DNA of 64,000 bases from Acidimicrobiales bacterium (GTDB taxonomy: Bacteria; Actinomycetota; Acidimicrobiia; Acidimicrobiales; SZUA-35), in assembly GCA_041594435.1 (NCBI GenBank), contig JBFHME010000001.1, forward strand, positions 716 to 64,715, given 5' to 3'. Position numbers and translations under genes: made by a program. The notes beneath the pieces were generated by a model. That model did not search any database and had not been told where the DNA came from. It saw nothing but the letters and a program-made list of their open reading frames with translations. Positions 34,255 to 42,107 of this stretch are shown here, piece by piece (position 1 is the first letter of the stretch; every line of letters begins with the position of its first letter).

Positions 34255-35983
34255 CTGGCGCTACTTCCTTGGGGATGGTGATCGTGAATGTCGTCGTGCC
34301 TTCGTCGGTGTCGGTGTCGACGGTCAGGGTGCCGCCGTGGTCCCGGGTCACGATTCTGTGAGCCAGCGAGAGACCCTGTCCGCTTCCCTTGCCCACCTCC
34401 TTGGTGGTGAAGAAGGGCTCGAAGATATGGGGCAGAACATCATCGGCGATGCCGCCTCCGGTGTCGGATACCGAGATCTCGATTGCGTCTTCGGTGGCTC
34501 GGGTGGTGACGGTGATGCGACCCAGCCGGTCGGTGTCGGCCCGTTCGGCGATCGCCTGGGCGGCGTTGACCACGAGGATCAGGATCACCTGACCGATCTT
34601 GCCGGGCCGGCAGCACGCCTGGGGAAGATCGGGGTCGAGGGCCAACTCCACCTCGGCCACGTACTTCCACTCATTGGACGCCACCGAAATCGTCGACGTG
34701 ATCACATCGTTGACCTGGGTCGGCTCGGGTTCCTCACCCCCGGGATGGGCGAATTCCTTCAGCGCCCGCACGATCCTGCTGACCCGCTCGACGCCTTCCC
34801 GGGACTGATCGACGGCTCGCGGTACCTCGTCGTTCAGGAAGTTGAGATCGGCCTGTTCGCAGGCCGCTATCAGAGCCTCGGCCTTGGCCTTTGCCGTCGA
34901 CTCCGCATCGGTGACGACCGCTTCGTTGACGACCGTCTCGGCCACGTCGACCGCCGTGAACAACAACCGAGTCAGATCGTGGGTAACGGACTTCAGGAAG
35001 CTCAGATTGTCACCGACGAACTGAATGGGTGTGTTGATCTCGTGGGCGACGCCCGAGGCCAGTTGACCGATCGCCTCCATCTTGGAACCGTCGGCCAACC
35101 GGGCTTCGAGAGTCTGCCTCTCGGTGATGTCACGGAACATGAGCAGCAGACCCGTCACGATCCCGCCGGCGTCGGTGAGGGGCACCCGACTGATGTCGAG
35201 ATGACGGGTTCGACCCTCGTCGGTCTCGACCGTGACGAGTTCGTGGGCCTCGGTTCCTCCGGGGCCCATCACCGCTTCGTTGCCGGCGGTGAGGGTCTCC
35301 AACCAATCCGGAACGACTCCGGGGAGATCGTTCGCTGCCAAACCGGTGATCTGGTCGTTGGGGTGCAGACCGACCAACGCCTTGAAGGCCGGGTTGGCGC
35401 CGAGGAATCGGTGCCGGCGATCCTGCCAGGCGATCTGGTAGGGGATGTTGCTCAGTATCTTGTCGAGAACGTCCCGCTCGGCCGCCAGTTGTTGCTCGAT
35501 TTCCACCCGGTCCGAAATGTCGGTGGAGATGCCGAGCAGCCCGATCACCGTGTCGTCATCATCGGTCAGGGGGACCAGGCTGAACTGGACATGTCCCGAA
35601 CTCGATCCCTGGTCGAGCCACGTTTGAGCGTTCCTCACAGGAACCTTGGTCCGCATCACCCGCTGGTCGTCGAGCTCGAACTTGTGAGCGAGTTCGGAGG
35701 GCAACGGGAGATCGTGATCGGTCAGTCCGATCAGATCCCTCGGTGACTCGAACCCGAAGCCTTCGGCGAACGCCTGGTTGCATCCCATGATCTCGCCCTC
35801 GGTGTTCTTCCACCAGATCCGGTGATCGACCGACGACAGCAGTGCGTCGAAGGCGATACCGTCGAGTTCGCTGAGGGCCGCCCAAGCACACAACGGGGAG
35901 CGGTGGTCGTCGCAGCGCGTGGCCGTCCGGTCTACGGGGTGGATCGTTCTGTCGGGAACGGTGGCGTTCGACGGTGGCTGCAC
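34235..35983 (-). CDS. Cytoplasmic multi-PAS sensor histidine kinase
   Basis: PAS-like repeats ([17 protein letters not shown]..., [17 protein letters not shown]...). H-box [26 protein letters not shown]. HATPase (VVNAAQA, DTGGGI, GSGQGL). AAGGAG RBS before GTG 35983. Confidence 0.85.
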   Translation of the reverse strand: MQPPSNATVPDRTIHPVDRTATRCDDHRSPLCAWAALSELDGIAFDALLSSVDHRIWWKNTEGEIMGCNQAFAEGFGFESPRDLIGLTDHDLPLPSELAHKFELDDQRVMRTKVPVRNAQTWLDQGSSSGHVQFSLVPLTDDDDTVIGLLGISTDISDRVEIEQQLAAERDVLDKILSNIPYQIAWQDRRHRFLGANPAFKALVGLHPNDQITGLAANDLPGVVPDWLETLTAGNEAVMGPGGTEAHELVTVETDEGRTRHLDISRVPLTDAGGIVTGLLLMFRDITERQTLEARLADGSKMEAIGQLASGVAHEINTPIQFVGDNLSFLKSVTHDLTRLLFTAVDVAETVVNEAVVTDAESTAKAKAEALIAACEQADLNFLNDEVPRAVDQSREGVERVSRIVRALKEFAHPGGEEPEPTQVNDVITSTISVASNEWKYVAEVELALDPDLPQACCRPGKIGQVILILVVNAAQAIAERADTDRLGRITVTTRATEDAIEISVSDTGGGIADDVLPHIFEPFFTTKEVGKGSGQGLSLAHRIVTRDHGGTLTVDTDTDEGTTTFTITIPKEVAPDDRQPT

Positions 35984-36063
35984 GCTTCACTCCTTGGCAA
36001 GGAAATCGGCCGAATCATGGTCGGAGTTGAGGCGCAATGGTGGAGAACAGATCGGTCAACAGC

Positions 36064-36091
36064 TAACAGCCGGTGGGAGTCGACCCGATAG
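36064..36091 (+). promoter_or_regulatory. Sigma-28-like promoter candidate: TAAC-N16-CCCGATAG
   Basis: 33 nt upstream of the REC-HDOD GTG (36125). Shares TCGACCCGAT with the site upstream of the tadE-like gene. Confidence 0.3.
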
Positions 36092-36124
36092 GCAACCGTC
36101 AACGCCGACGCGGAGGGCTGATGT

Positions 36125-37303
36125 GTGCTGAAGATCCTGTTCGTGGATGACGAGCCGAATATCCTGCAGGGCACGCGCCGTGCCACGCGCGACATGCGAA
36201 GCGAATGGGAGATGTACTTCGCCCAGAGCGGTGAAGAGGCGCTGTCGCTGGCGGAGGACATCAACTTCGATGTCGTCGTGACCGATATGCGGATGCCGAC
36301 GATGGACGGCGCCGAGTTGTTGACCGCGATCCGGGCCACCAGTCCCTCGACGGCTCGAGTCATTCTGTCCGGCTACGCCGAGGAGGAGTCGGTCTTTCGT
36401 TCCACCCGCGTCGCCCACCAGTTTCTGAGCAAACCGTGTGACGTTCGGATCCTGAAGAACACCATCGCAGCGATCCGTACTGCTCAACAGACGGTGGGGT
36501 CGGAGCATATCAGGGATCTGGTCGGCCGCATCGACCAGCTTCCCGCCTTGGGCGACGTCTACCATCGACTCGTCGCCGCCATCGAGACCGATCGGGCCGA
36601 CAACAACGAGTTGGCCCAGATCCTCAACGAGGACGTCGCGCTCACCGCTGAGATCCTCCGCCTGGTCAACTCGGCCTTCTTCGGATTGAACCGCCGGGTG
36701 GAGTCGGTCGGCCAGGCCATCGGCTTCCTCGGAGTGGACGTGCTTCGAGCCATCGTGGCCGGCTACTCGGTCTTCAACTCCACCGAGTCGGCGGTCCTCG
36801 AGGTCGACGCCATCAGCCGCCGGAGTCAAAAGGTGGCGGCGCTGGCCCGACGAACTCACACCCTGCTGAACGGCGCCTCCACGAACGAGGCGGCAGAGGC
36901 CTACCTGGCCGGAACGCTGCACGAGGTCGGTGCGCTTGTCCTGTCCATGGTGGAGGGGGTGGATCCCGTCGACCTACGAGGCGTCCTGGGCAGCAACGAC
37001 GTGACCAACGAACGGCTGACCTTCGGTGTTGATCGGTTCGCCGTTGGTGGGTACCTGCTCGGTCTGTGGGCCTTCCCGCTCGAAATCGTTGAGGCGGTCA
37101 GCTCGCTCAGCCGGCCGCTCGACGAGCGGGCTCACGGCTCTCCCATGGCCTGGGCGCTCGGCCTGGCCCGCCATGCGGTGATCGAGGATCTCGTACCCAC
37201 GAGCCCGTCGTCCGAGACGTGTGTGCTGGACGACGTGATCGGAGAACTCGACGGGCGACTCCGAAAGGAGCTTACGGTGGCCACGCCGGGAACGAGCGGA
37301 TGA
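36125..37303 (+). CDS. Response regulator, REC + HDOD domains
   Basis: REC (ILFVDDEPN, VVVTDMRMPTMDG, SKP). HDOD-like (LPALGDVYHRLVAAI...ILNEDVALTAEILRLVNSAFFGLNRRVESVGQAIGFLG). Confidence 0.85.
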   Translation: MLKILFVDDEPNILQGTRRATRDMRSEWEMYFAQSGEEALSLAEDINFDVVVTDMRMPTMDGAELLTAIRATSPSTARVILSGYAEEESVFRSTRVAHQFLSKPCDVRILKNTIAAIRTAQQTVGSEHIRDLVGRIDQLPALGDVYHRLVAAIETDRADNNELAQILNEDVALTAEILRLVNSAFFGLNRRVESVGQAIGFLGVDVLRAIVAGYSVFNSTESAVLEVDAISRRSQKVAALARRTHTLLNGASTNEAAEAYLAGTLHEVGALVLSMVEGVDPVDLRGVLGSNDVTNERLTFGVDRFAVGGYLLGLWAFPLEIVEAVSSLSRPLDERAHGSPMAWALGLARHAVIEDLVPTSPSSETCVLDDVIGELDGRLRKELTVATPGTSG

Positions 37304-38430
37304 CCCAACGAATCCTCTTTGTCGACGACGAGCCCAATGTGTTGGACGGGTTTCGTCGAACATTGAGGCGCGCGTACGAGTTCGACACGGCGGTCGGCGG
37401 CCACGAGGGACTGAACCTGCTGAATCAGCATCTGTACGCCGTTGTGGTCTCCGACATGCGGATGTCGAACATGAGCGGCGAGGAGTTTCTGGCCAAGGCG
37501 CATGAGGTTCAACCCGACGCCATACAGATGATCCTGAGTGGCCAGGCCAACCTGGACTCGACGGTGGCCGCGGTCAACGGTGGGAGCATCTTCCGCTTTC
37601 TGATCAAGCCCATGGACAAGGAGGCGCTGACCGGCGCCCTTGACAAGGCACTTGAACAGTTCCGTCTCGTGTCGGCCGAACGTCAACTGCTCGAGCAGAC
37701 ACTGTCCGGTGCGGTCGAAGCACTGACCGAGGTTGTCGGCATGGTCAGCCCGAGGGTGACCAGGCGAACCCGCCATGTGGTCGAGGTGGTGCAGGGCGTG
37801 GCCGGTGTGTACGGCCTGGAGGACGATTGGCAAATGAGGTTGGCCGCCATGCTGGGAGGTGTCGGCTACACGGCCGTTCCCGCCGCCGTCCTGGAGAAGG
37901 CCGAGCTTCGACAGCCACTCAGCGAGGCCGAACAGGCGATGCTGGACCGCCACCCGGATGTGACCGCCCAGCTGTTGGGCCACATCCCTCGACTCGAGGG
38001 GGTCTCCACGATCATCCGCTCCGAAGCCGGAGCAGAGACGCATCCCGACGAATTGGCCCGTCACGTCGAGATCCTGGCGTTCGCCAATGCCGTCGCCGAC
38101 CGTCTTCTGCTCGGTGGCGAGATCGACACCGTGTTGGGTGAGCTGGAGCGGTCGGAATCTCACGACAAGGAACTGATCGACCGGGCCCGACGCAGGCTGC
38201 GGCGCGATGGCACGGTGATCGAGGAGCGGGCGCTGCACCAGCTCGCCGCCGGGATGGTGTTGCGACAGGATGTGTTCACCGTTACCGACGTCATGCTGGC
38301 CGCTGCCGGCACGACACTGAGCGGGTCGCTGCTCGAGCGGCTCAGGAACTTCAACGCCTCGGTTGGTCTGCGGAGTCCGATCAAGGTCGAGTTCGAAGAG
38401 GCGAGAGTTCTCGGGGGCGTTGTCGGCTGA
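37300..38430 (+). CDS. Response regulator, REC + degenerate HD(-GYP)-like output domain
   Basis: REC (ILFVDDEPN, VVVSDMRMSNMSG, IKP). Output resembles RpfG-type HD-GYP (MLDRHPDVTAQLLGHIP) but has no HHE...GYP. The ATG overlaps the upstream stop (ATGA). Confidence 0.8.
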   Translation: MTQRILFVDDEPNVLDGFRRTLRRAYEFDTAVGGHEGLNLLNQHLYAVVVSDMRMSNMSGEEFLAKAHEVQPDAIQMILSGQANLDSTVAAVNGGSIFRFLIKPMDKEALTGALDKALEQFRLVSAERQLLEQTLSGAVEALTEVVGMVSPRVTRRTRHVVEVVQGVAGVYGLEDDWQMRLAAMLGGVGYTAVPAAVLEKAELRQPLSEAEQAMLDRHPDVTAQLLGHIPRLEGVSTIIRSEAGAETHPDELARHVEILAFANAVADRLLLGGEIDTVLGELERSESHDKELIDRARRRLRRDGTVIEERALHQLAAGMVLRQDVFTVTDVMLAAAGTTLSGSLLERLRNFNASVGLRSPIKVEFEEARVLGGVVG

Positions 38431-38529
38431 ACGCGCCGGTTGCCCCGGCCCGATCCGGACCGGGAAGTTTCTCAAGTGGCGAGCGGATGTGGCCGAAACT
38501 CGGACCAGAGAACTTTTCGCAGTTTCCGC

Positions 38530-38557
38530 TAAAGGTTTCGCCGGATCGTGTCGAGAA
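38530..38557 (+). promoter_or_regulatory. Sigma-28 (FliA/WhiG)-like promoter: TAAAGGTT-N12-GTCGAGAA
   Basis: About 40 nt upstream of the sigma-factor ATG (38600). Compare the E. coli consensus TAAAGTTT-N11-GCCGATAA. Confidence 0.4.
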
Positions 38558-38599
38558 CCCTTTTTGTCATGGAGGACTATCGAAGGGTGAGATCAACCA

Positions 38600-39508
38600 A
38601 TGGGTGACACAACTCGAGTATCGGGGAAACAGCGGGGGGAGCTCAATGCTCGCATCGAGGCGAATCTGCCGCTGGTCAAGCACGTCGTCTACCAGGTCGC
38701 GGTGCACTTTCCCCGCCACGTCGACCGCGAGGAGCTGGCCCGGGCCGGAGCGCTCGGTCTGGTCGAGGCGGCCCGCCGTTACGACGAGAGTCGAGGAGTG
38801 CCCTTCGAGCGGTTCGCCGCTCAGCGGATCCGGGGATCGATCCTCGATTCGGTCCGAGCCGCCGACTGGGCACCCCGCTCGGTTCGACTGCTGGCTCGCC
38901 GGCTCGAGTCCGCCGAACAGCAGCTGGCCAGCGAACTGGGCCGTCTGCCCGACATCGACGAGACCGCCAAGGCGCTCGGTGTCAGCAAGGACGAGTTGGC
39001 CCGGCTGCGGGACCGTCTCTTCCGCTCCGTCGTCCTGGCTCTCGATCACGAGACCAGCGCCGACACCGATGAGGATCTGACCCTCGTCGACATCCTGAGC
39101 GACGACAGCGCCGTCGAGCCGTCGGAGGAACTCGAGACCCGCGAGCTGCACAACTACCTGCGTGACGCCGTGAAGTTGCTTCCTGAACGTCAACGCCTGG
39201 TGATCGTCGGCTACTTCCTCGAGGGCAAGACCTCGAAGGAACTGGCCCGCTTCCTCGGTGTGACCGAGTCCCGGGTGTCGCAGCTCCGGAGCGAGGCCCT
39301 GCGCAATCTCAAGCTCGGTATCGAAGCCCAATACGACTCGTCGAACGACGATGAGGCGCCCGTCGGACGGGTGGCCAAACGTCAGGCCGCCTACGTCGAC
39401 CAGATCGGCGAGGCTTCCCAGTGGCGCAACCGTCTCGACTCCTGGGACGACGAGTACGAGGTCCCGGAGGATCCGTTGCTGCCGCTCCGCCGGGTCGCCC
39501 TGACCTAG
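38600..39508 (+). CDS. FliA/WhiG-family (group 3, sigma-28-type) RNA polymerase sigma factor with C-terminal extension
   Basis: Region 2 (NLPLVKHVVYQV...DREELARAGALGLVEAARRYD...FERFAAQRIRGSILD). Region 4.2 (KELARFLGVTESRVSQLRSEALRNL). About 55 extra acidic residues at the C terminus. Confidence 0.9.
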   Translation: MGDTTRVSGKQRGELNARIEANLPLVKHVVYQVAVHFPRHVDREELARAGALGLVEAARRYDESRGVPFERFAAQRIRGSILDSVRAADWAPRSVRLLARRLESAEQQLASELGRLPDIDETAKALGVSKDELARLRDRLFRSVVLALDHETSADTDEDLTLVDILSDDSAVEPSEELETRELHNYLRDAVKLLPERQRLVIVGYFLEGKTSKELARFLGVTESRVSQLRSEALRNLKLGIEAQYDSSNDDEAPVGRVAKRQAAYVDQIGEASQWRNRLDSWDDEYEVPEDPLLPLRRVALT

Positions 39509-39615
39509 GCGGCCCAGGGCCCGGATCGCCGCATCCTGGATCGCCGCACCTCCGATCCGGGGATGTCAGGTGGCACCGAGGCCATCCGAGCTGCACGGTT
39601 CGGGAGGGCGGAGGG

Positions 39616-40371
39616 TCAGAAGGCGGCGGCGGTCTGCCAGCGGTCGAGGAGTGTGGCGTCACCGAAGAGTTCGAGCCGGCTCGGGGGGAGTCGGCACCAC
39701 ACCAGGAGCAGCAGGTCCGACGCCGTGCCGCGGGCGGCCACGTCGGATTTGGCGTGGGCGTGCTCCCACGAGATCCCGTCGGGCCGGTAGGTGACCACCC
39801 ACTCGCCGTCTTCGACGTCGGTGGCGTGAAGGTGCACGGTTTCACCGTTGCCGGCCAAGACGTCGAACTGCATCCGGTTGGGGGCGAAGATCTCGAGGAT
39901 CTCGTCGATGCCGTCGATGGCCTGGCGTGCGTCGATGGGGCTCGGGGTGGCGGTGGCCGACTCGGCGTCCCACCGGTGCATCGCCACTTCGTGGGCCATC
40001 CGACGCAGCCACCAGAAAGCCGGTTGCGGGCCGGTCCACGTCGGGTGGAGGCTGTCGAGGTCGATCTCCGACAGTGTCTTTCCCAGCTCGTCGCCGCCCT
40101 CGGCCGTCCACTCGATCACCTCGGGTCCGTGTGGCGGCTCCGGCACGGAGCCCCGGTTGGGTGGACTGTCGGGGTCGGCGAGCAGCGACATGTTGGCGAA
40201 CCGATAGACCCAGCCGGTGTGGCCGACCACCGATTGCACCGTCCAGCCCTCGAGGTGAGGGATCTCCACCCTGAGGTCACGTTCTTCGACCTGGTTGAGC
40301 CGGGCCGCCTCCACTCGGAATAGATGTTGGTAATCGGCTGCCGACAGTCGGGTCACAACCACCTCATTCAA
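39616..40371 (-). CDS. Maleylpyruvate-isomerase-family mycothiol-dependent enzyme (DinB-like, TIGR03083-type)
   Basis: EGWTVQSVVGHTGWVYRF...WWLRRMAHEVAMHRWDAE pattern. Confidence 0.82.
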   Translation of the reverse strand: MNEVVVTRLSAADYQHLFRVEAARLNQVEERDLRVEIPHLEGWTVQSVVGHTGWVYRFANMSLLADPDSPPNRGSVPEPPHGPEVIEWTAEGGDELGKTLSEIDLDSLHPTWTGPQPAFWWLRRMAHEVAMHRWDAESATATPSPIDARQAIDGIDEILEIFAPNRMQFDVLAGNGETVHLHATDVEDGEWVVTYRPDGISWEHAHAKSDVAARGTASDLLLLVWCRLPPSRLELFGDATLLDRWQTAAAF

Positions 40372-40426
40372 GACGTTGGTTCGGATCTGCGCTAACGAGG
40401 TTCAAGGGTAGTCTCTGCGCTGACCG

Positions 40427-41425
40427 CTATCGAGGGTCCCCGTTGCGATCCACCGAATCAATCCACAGATCGAGTTCGATCCAACGGCTGCGGAGCCACT
40501 CCGCCCGGTCGTGAGGGTCGGTTGGGAGTTCGCTTCGGGTGTGAACCCAGTAGCGCACCGCGATCGGATTCCGGAGCGGCAGTTGCCGTCGGAAGCCTTG
40601 CAGATCGGCCATGTCCTCCAGTCCGACATGACCGAGGATGACGACATCGGCGTTGGGTCGATGGCTCATCAACGCCAGCGAGCCGGCCGGCTTCGGCGGT
40701 AGCAGATGGTTCAACTTCTCGGCGTAGGCCACGACATCGGCATCGAGTTCACCGGCCCGGGCCTTGCGGCGCAACGACTCGAGCACCCGGGTCCGGTTGC
40801 GGGGCGTGGCGTAGGTTCCCTCGGGGAAGATGACGAGGGCCGAGTCGGGCAGCGCCCCGCCGGCGAGCCGGGCGATGCCGTCGAGGTCGGCGTCGGTTCG
40901 CGATCCCCGCCCCACGAACTGGTTGCCGAGCCGTTTGCCGAAGATGTTGATGACCGGATCCCACAGCAGCTCATCCTTCAACACGTAGTGCGCGTAGCGT
41001 TTCAGGTGGGTGCAGATCAACACGATCGGCAGGACGGCATCGACCATCGAGGTGTGGCGGCTCATGAGGATGAACGACCCTGCCGGTACGTGCGACAGGT
41101 CGACGGGATCGAAATGGACCCCGAGAAGGCGGCGTGCCCACTGCAGAAGCGACGAGGCCCACCAGGCCTGCACGTCGCGCTCTGCCGGCAGACTGCTGCC
41201 CCGGGTGAGTCGGGAGGTGACCGAGATCTCAACCGCCCGTGCGACACCCACCCACTGATGGGCCAGGTACACGACACCGAAGCCGGCCAGACGGAGAGTC
41301 GGAAAACGCCAGAGGCGGCTGACGAGGTCAGCCGCCATGGTGAGCAGTATCCAGACGGGGGCCGTGATCACGGCCGCCGGGAAGGCCACTCCGACGGCGG
41401 TGATGCTGACCAGCCGACGAAGCAT
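40427..41425 (-). CDS. Lysophospholipid (1-acyl-sn-glycerol-3-phosphate) acyltransferase family protein
   Basis: HX4D motif (SRHTSMVD) and FPEGT motif. N-terminal TM segments. Confidence 0.85.
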   Translation of the reverse strand: MLRRLVSITAVGVAFPAAVITAPVWILLTMAADLVSRLWRFPTLRLAGFGVVYLAHQWVGVARAVEISVTSRLTRGSSLPAERDVQAWWASSLLQWARRLLGVHFDPVDLSHVPAGSFILMSRHTSMVDAVLPIVLICTHLKRYAHYVLKDELLWDPVINIFGKRLGNQFVGRGSRTDADLDGIARLAGGALPDSALVIFPEGTYATPRNRTRVLESLRRKARAGELDADVVAYAEKLNHLLPPKPAGSLALMSHRPNADVVILGHVGLEDMADLQGFRRQLPLRNPIAVRYWVHTRSELPTDPHDRAEWLRSRWIELDLWIDSVDRNGDPR

Positions 41426-41444
41426 GGTGTCGCTTTCGCCGACG

Positions 41445-41505
41445 CTAGTTTCCCGGCGTCATGTGTGCCGGCGACGCGGTGAGGGACGCACTGCGGGGAA
41501 ACTAG
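41445..41505. repeat. Inverted repeat CTAGTTTCCC ... GGGAAACTAG (10-bp perfect arms, 41-nt spacer with inner GCGTC/GACGC stem)
   Basis: Read directly. Lies between the rpmG stop (41533) and the acyltransferase start (41425). Confidence 0.6.
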
Positions 41506-41532
41506 AGGCCGAGACCGACGGTCGAAGGCACG

Positions 41533-41700
41533 TCAGCGTTCTTCTTTGAAGATGACGTGCTGGCGGACGACCGGATCGTACTTCTTCAGCTCGATCCGTT
41601 CGCGGCTGTTGACCTTGTTCTTGCGGGTGACGTACATGTAACCGGTACCGGCGGTGGACCGCAGCTTGATGATGGGGCGCTTGTCGCCTGCTTTTGCCAT
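41533..41700 (-). CDS. rpmG: 50S ribosomal protein L33 (Cys-less form)
   Basis: [55 protein letters not shown]. Its start overlaps the rpmB stop (TGATG). Confidence 0.92.
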   Translation of the reverse strand: MAKAGDKRPIIKLRSTAGTGYMYVTRKNKVNSRERIELKKYDPVVRQHVIFKEER

Positions 41701-41936
41701 CAGACCTTCACCCCCCGTCGACGCATATCGGCAACGACGGACTCGATGCCCTTCTTGTTGATGGTCTTGATTCCCTTGGCCGACACGGTCAGCGTGACCC
41801 AACGCTTCTCGCTTGGGAGCCAGAAGCGCTGTGTTTGGATGTTCGGGTTCCAACGTCGGTTGGTGACGCGGTGCGAGTGGGAAATGCTCCTACCGAACGA
41901 CGGCTTGCGGCCGGTCACCTGGCAGATCTTGGACAT
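41700..41936 (-). CDS. rpmB: 50S ribosomal protein L28 (Cys-less form)
   Basis: [34 protein letters not shown]... is a canonical L28 N terminus. Confidence 0.92.
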   Translation of the reverse strand: MSKICQVTGRKPSFGRSISHSHRVTNRRWNPNIQTQRFWLPSEKRWVTLTVSAKGIKTINKKGIESVVADMRRRGVKV

Positions 41937-42076
41937 CGTGGGACCTCAGGGCAATCTAAGGAGGAGTGAAGACGGTGTTCCCCGTGTGCTCGGACCGGTT
42001 TTCGGCGCCGTGTGTTCTCAGCCGTGGAGTACGGCGGAGACCTCGTAGGGAACCATTCAAGGCTAGCGAGCCGGGA

Positions 42077-42107
42077 GAAAACCGAAAACCCGCACCCGAA
42101 CAGGGTC
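42077..42107 (-). terminator. Possible intrinsic terminator after the TadG-like gene
   Basis: The minus strand reads GACCCTGTTCGGGTGCGGGTTTTCGGTTTTC: a short GC stem (ACCC/GGGT) followed by two T-rich tracts immediately after the stop codon. Confidence 0.35.

Noticed and set aside
38487-39080. 197-aa plus-strand ORF overlapping the sigma-factor gene
   Set aside because: It is out of frame with the clearly recognisable FliA/WhiG sigma ORF (38600..39508) and has no features of its own.
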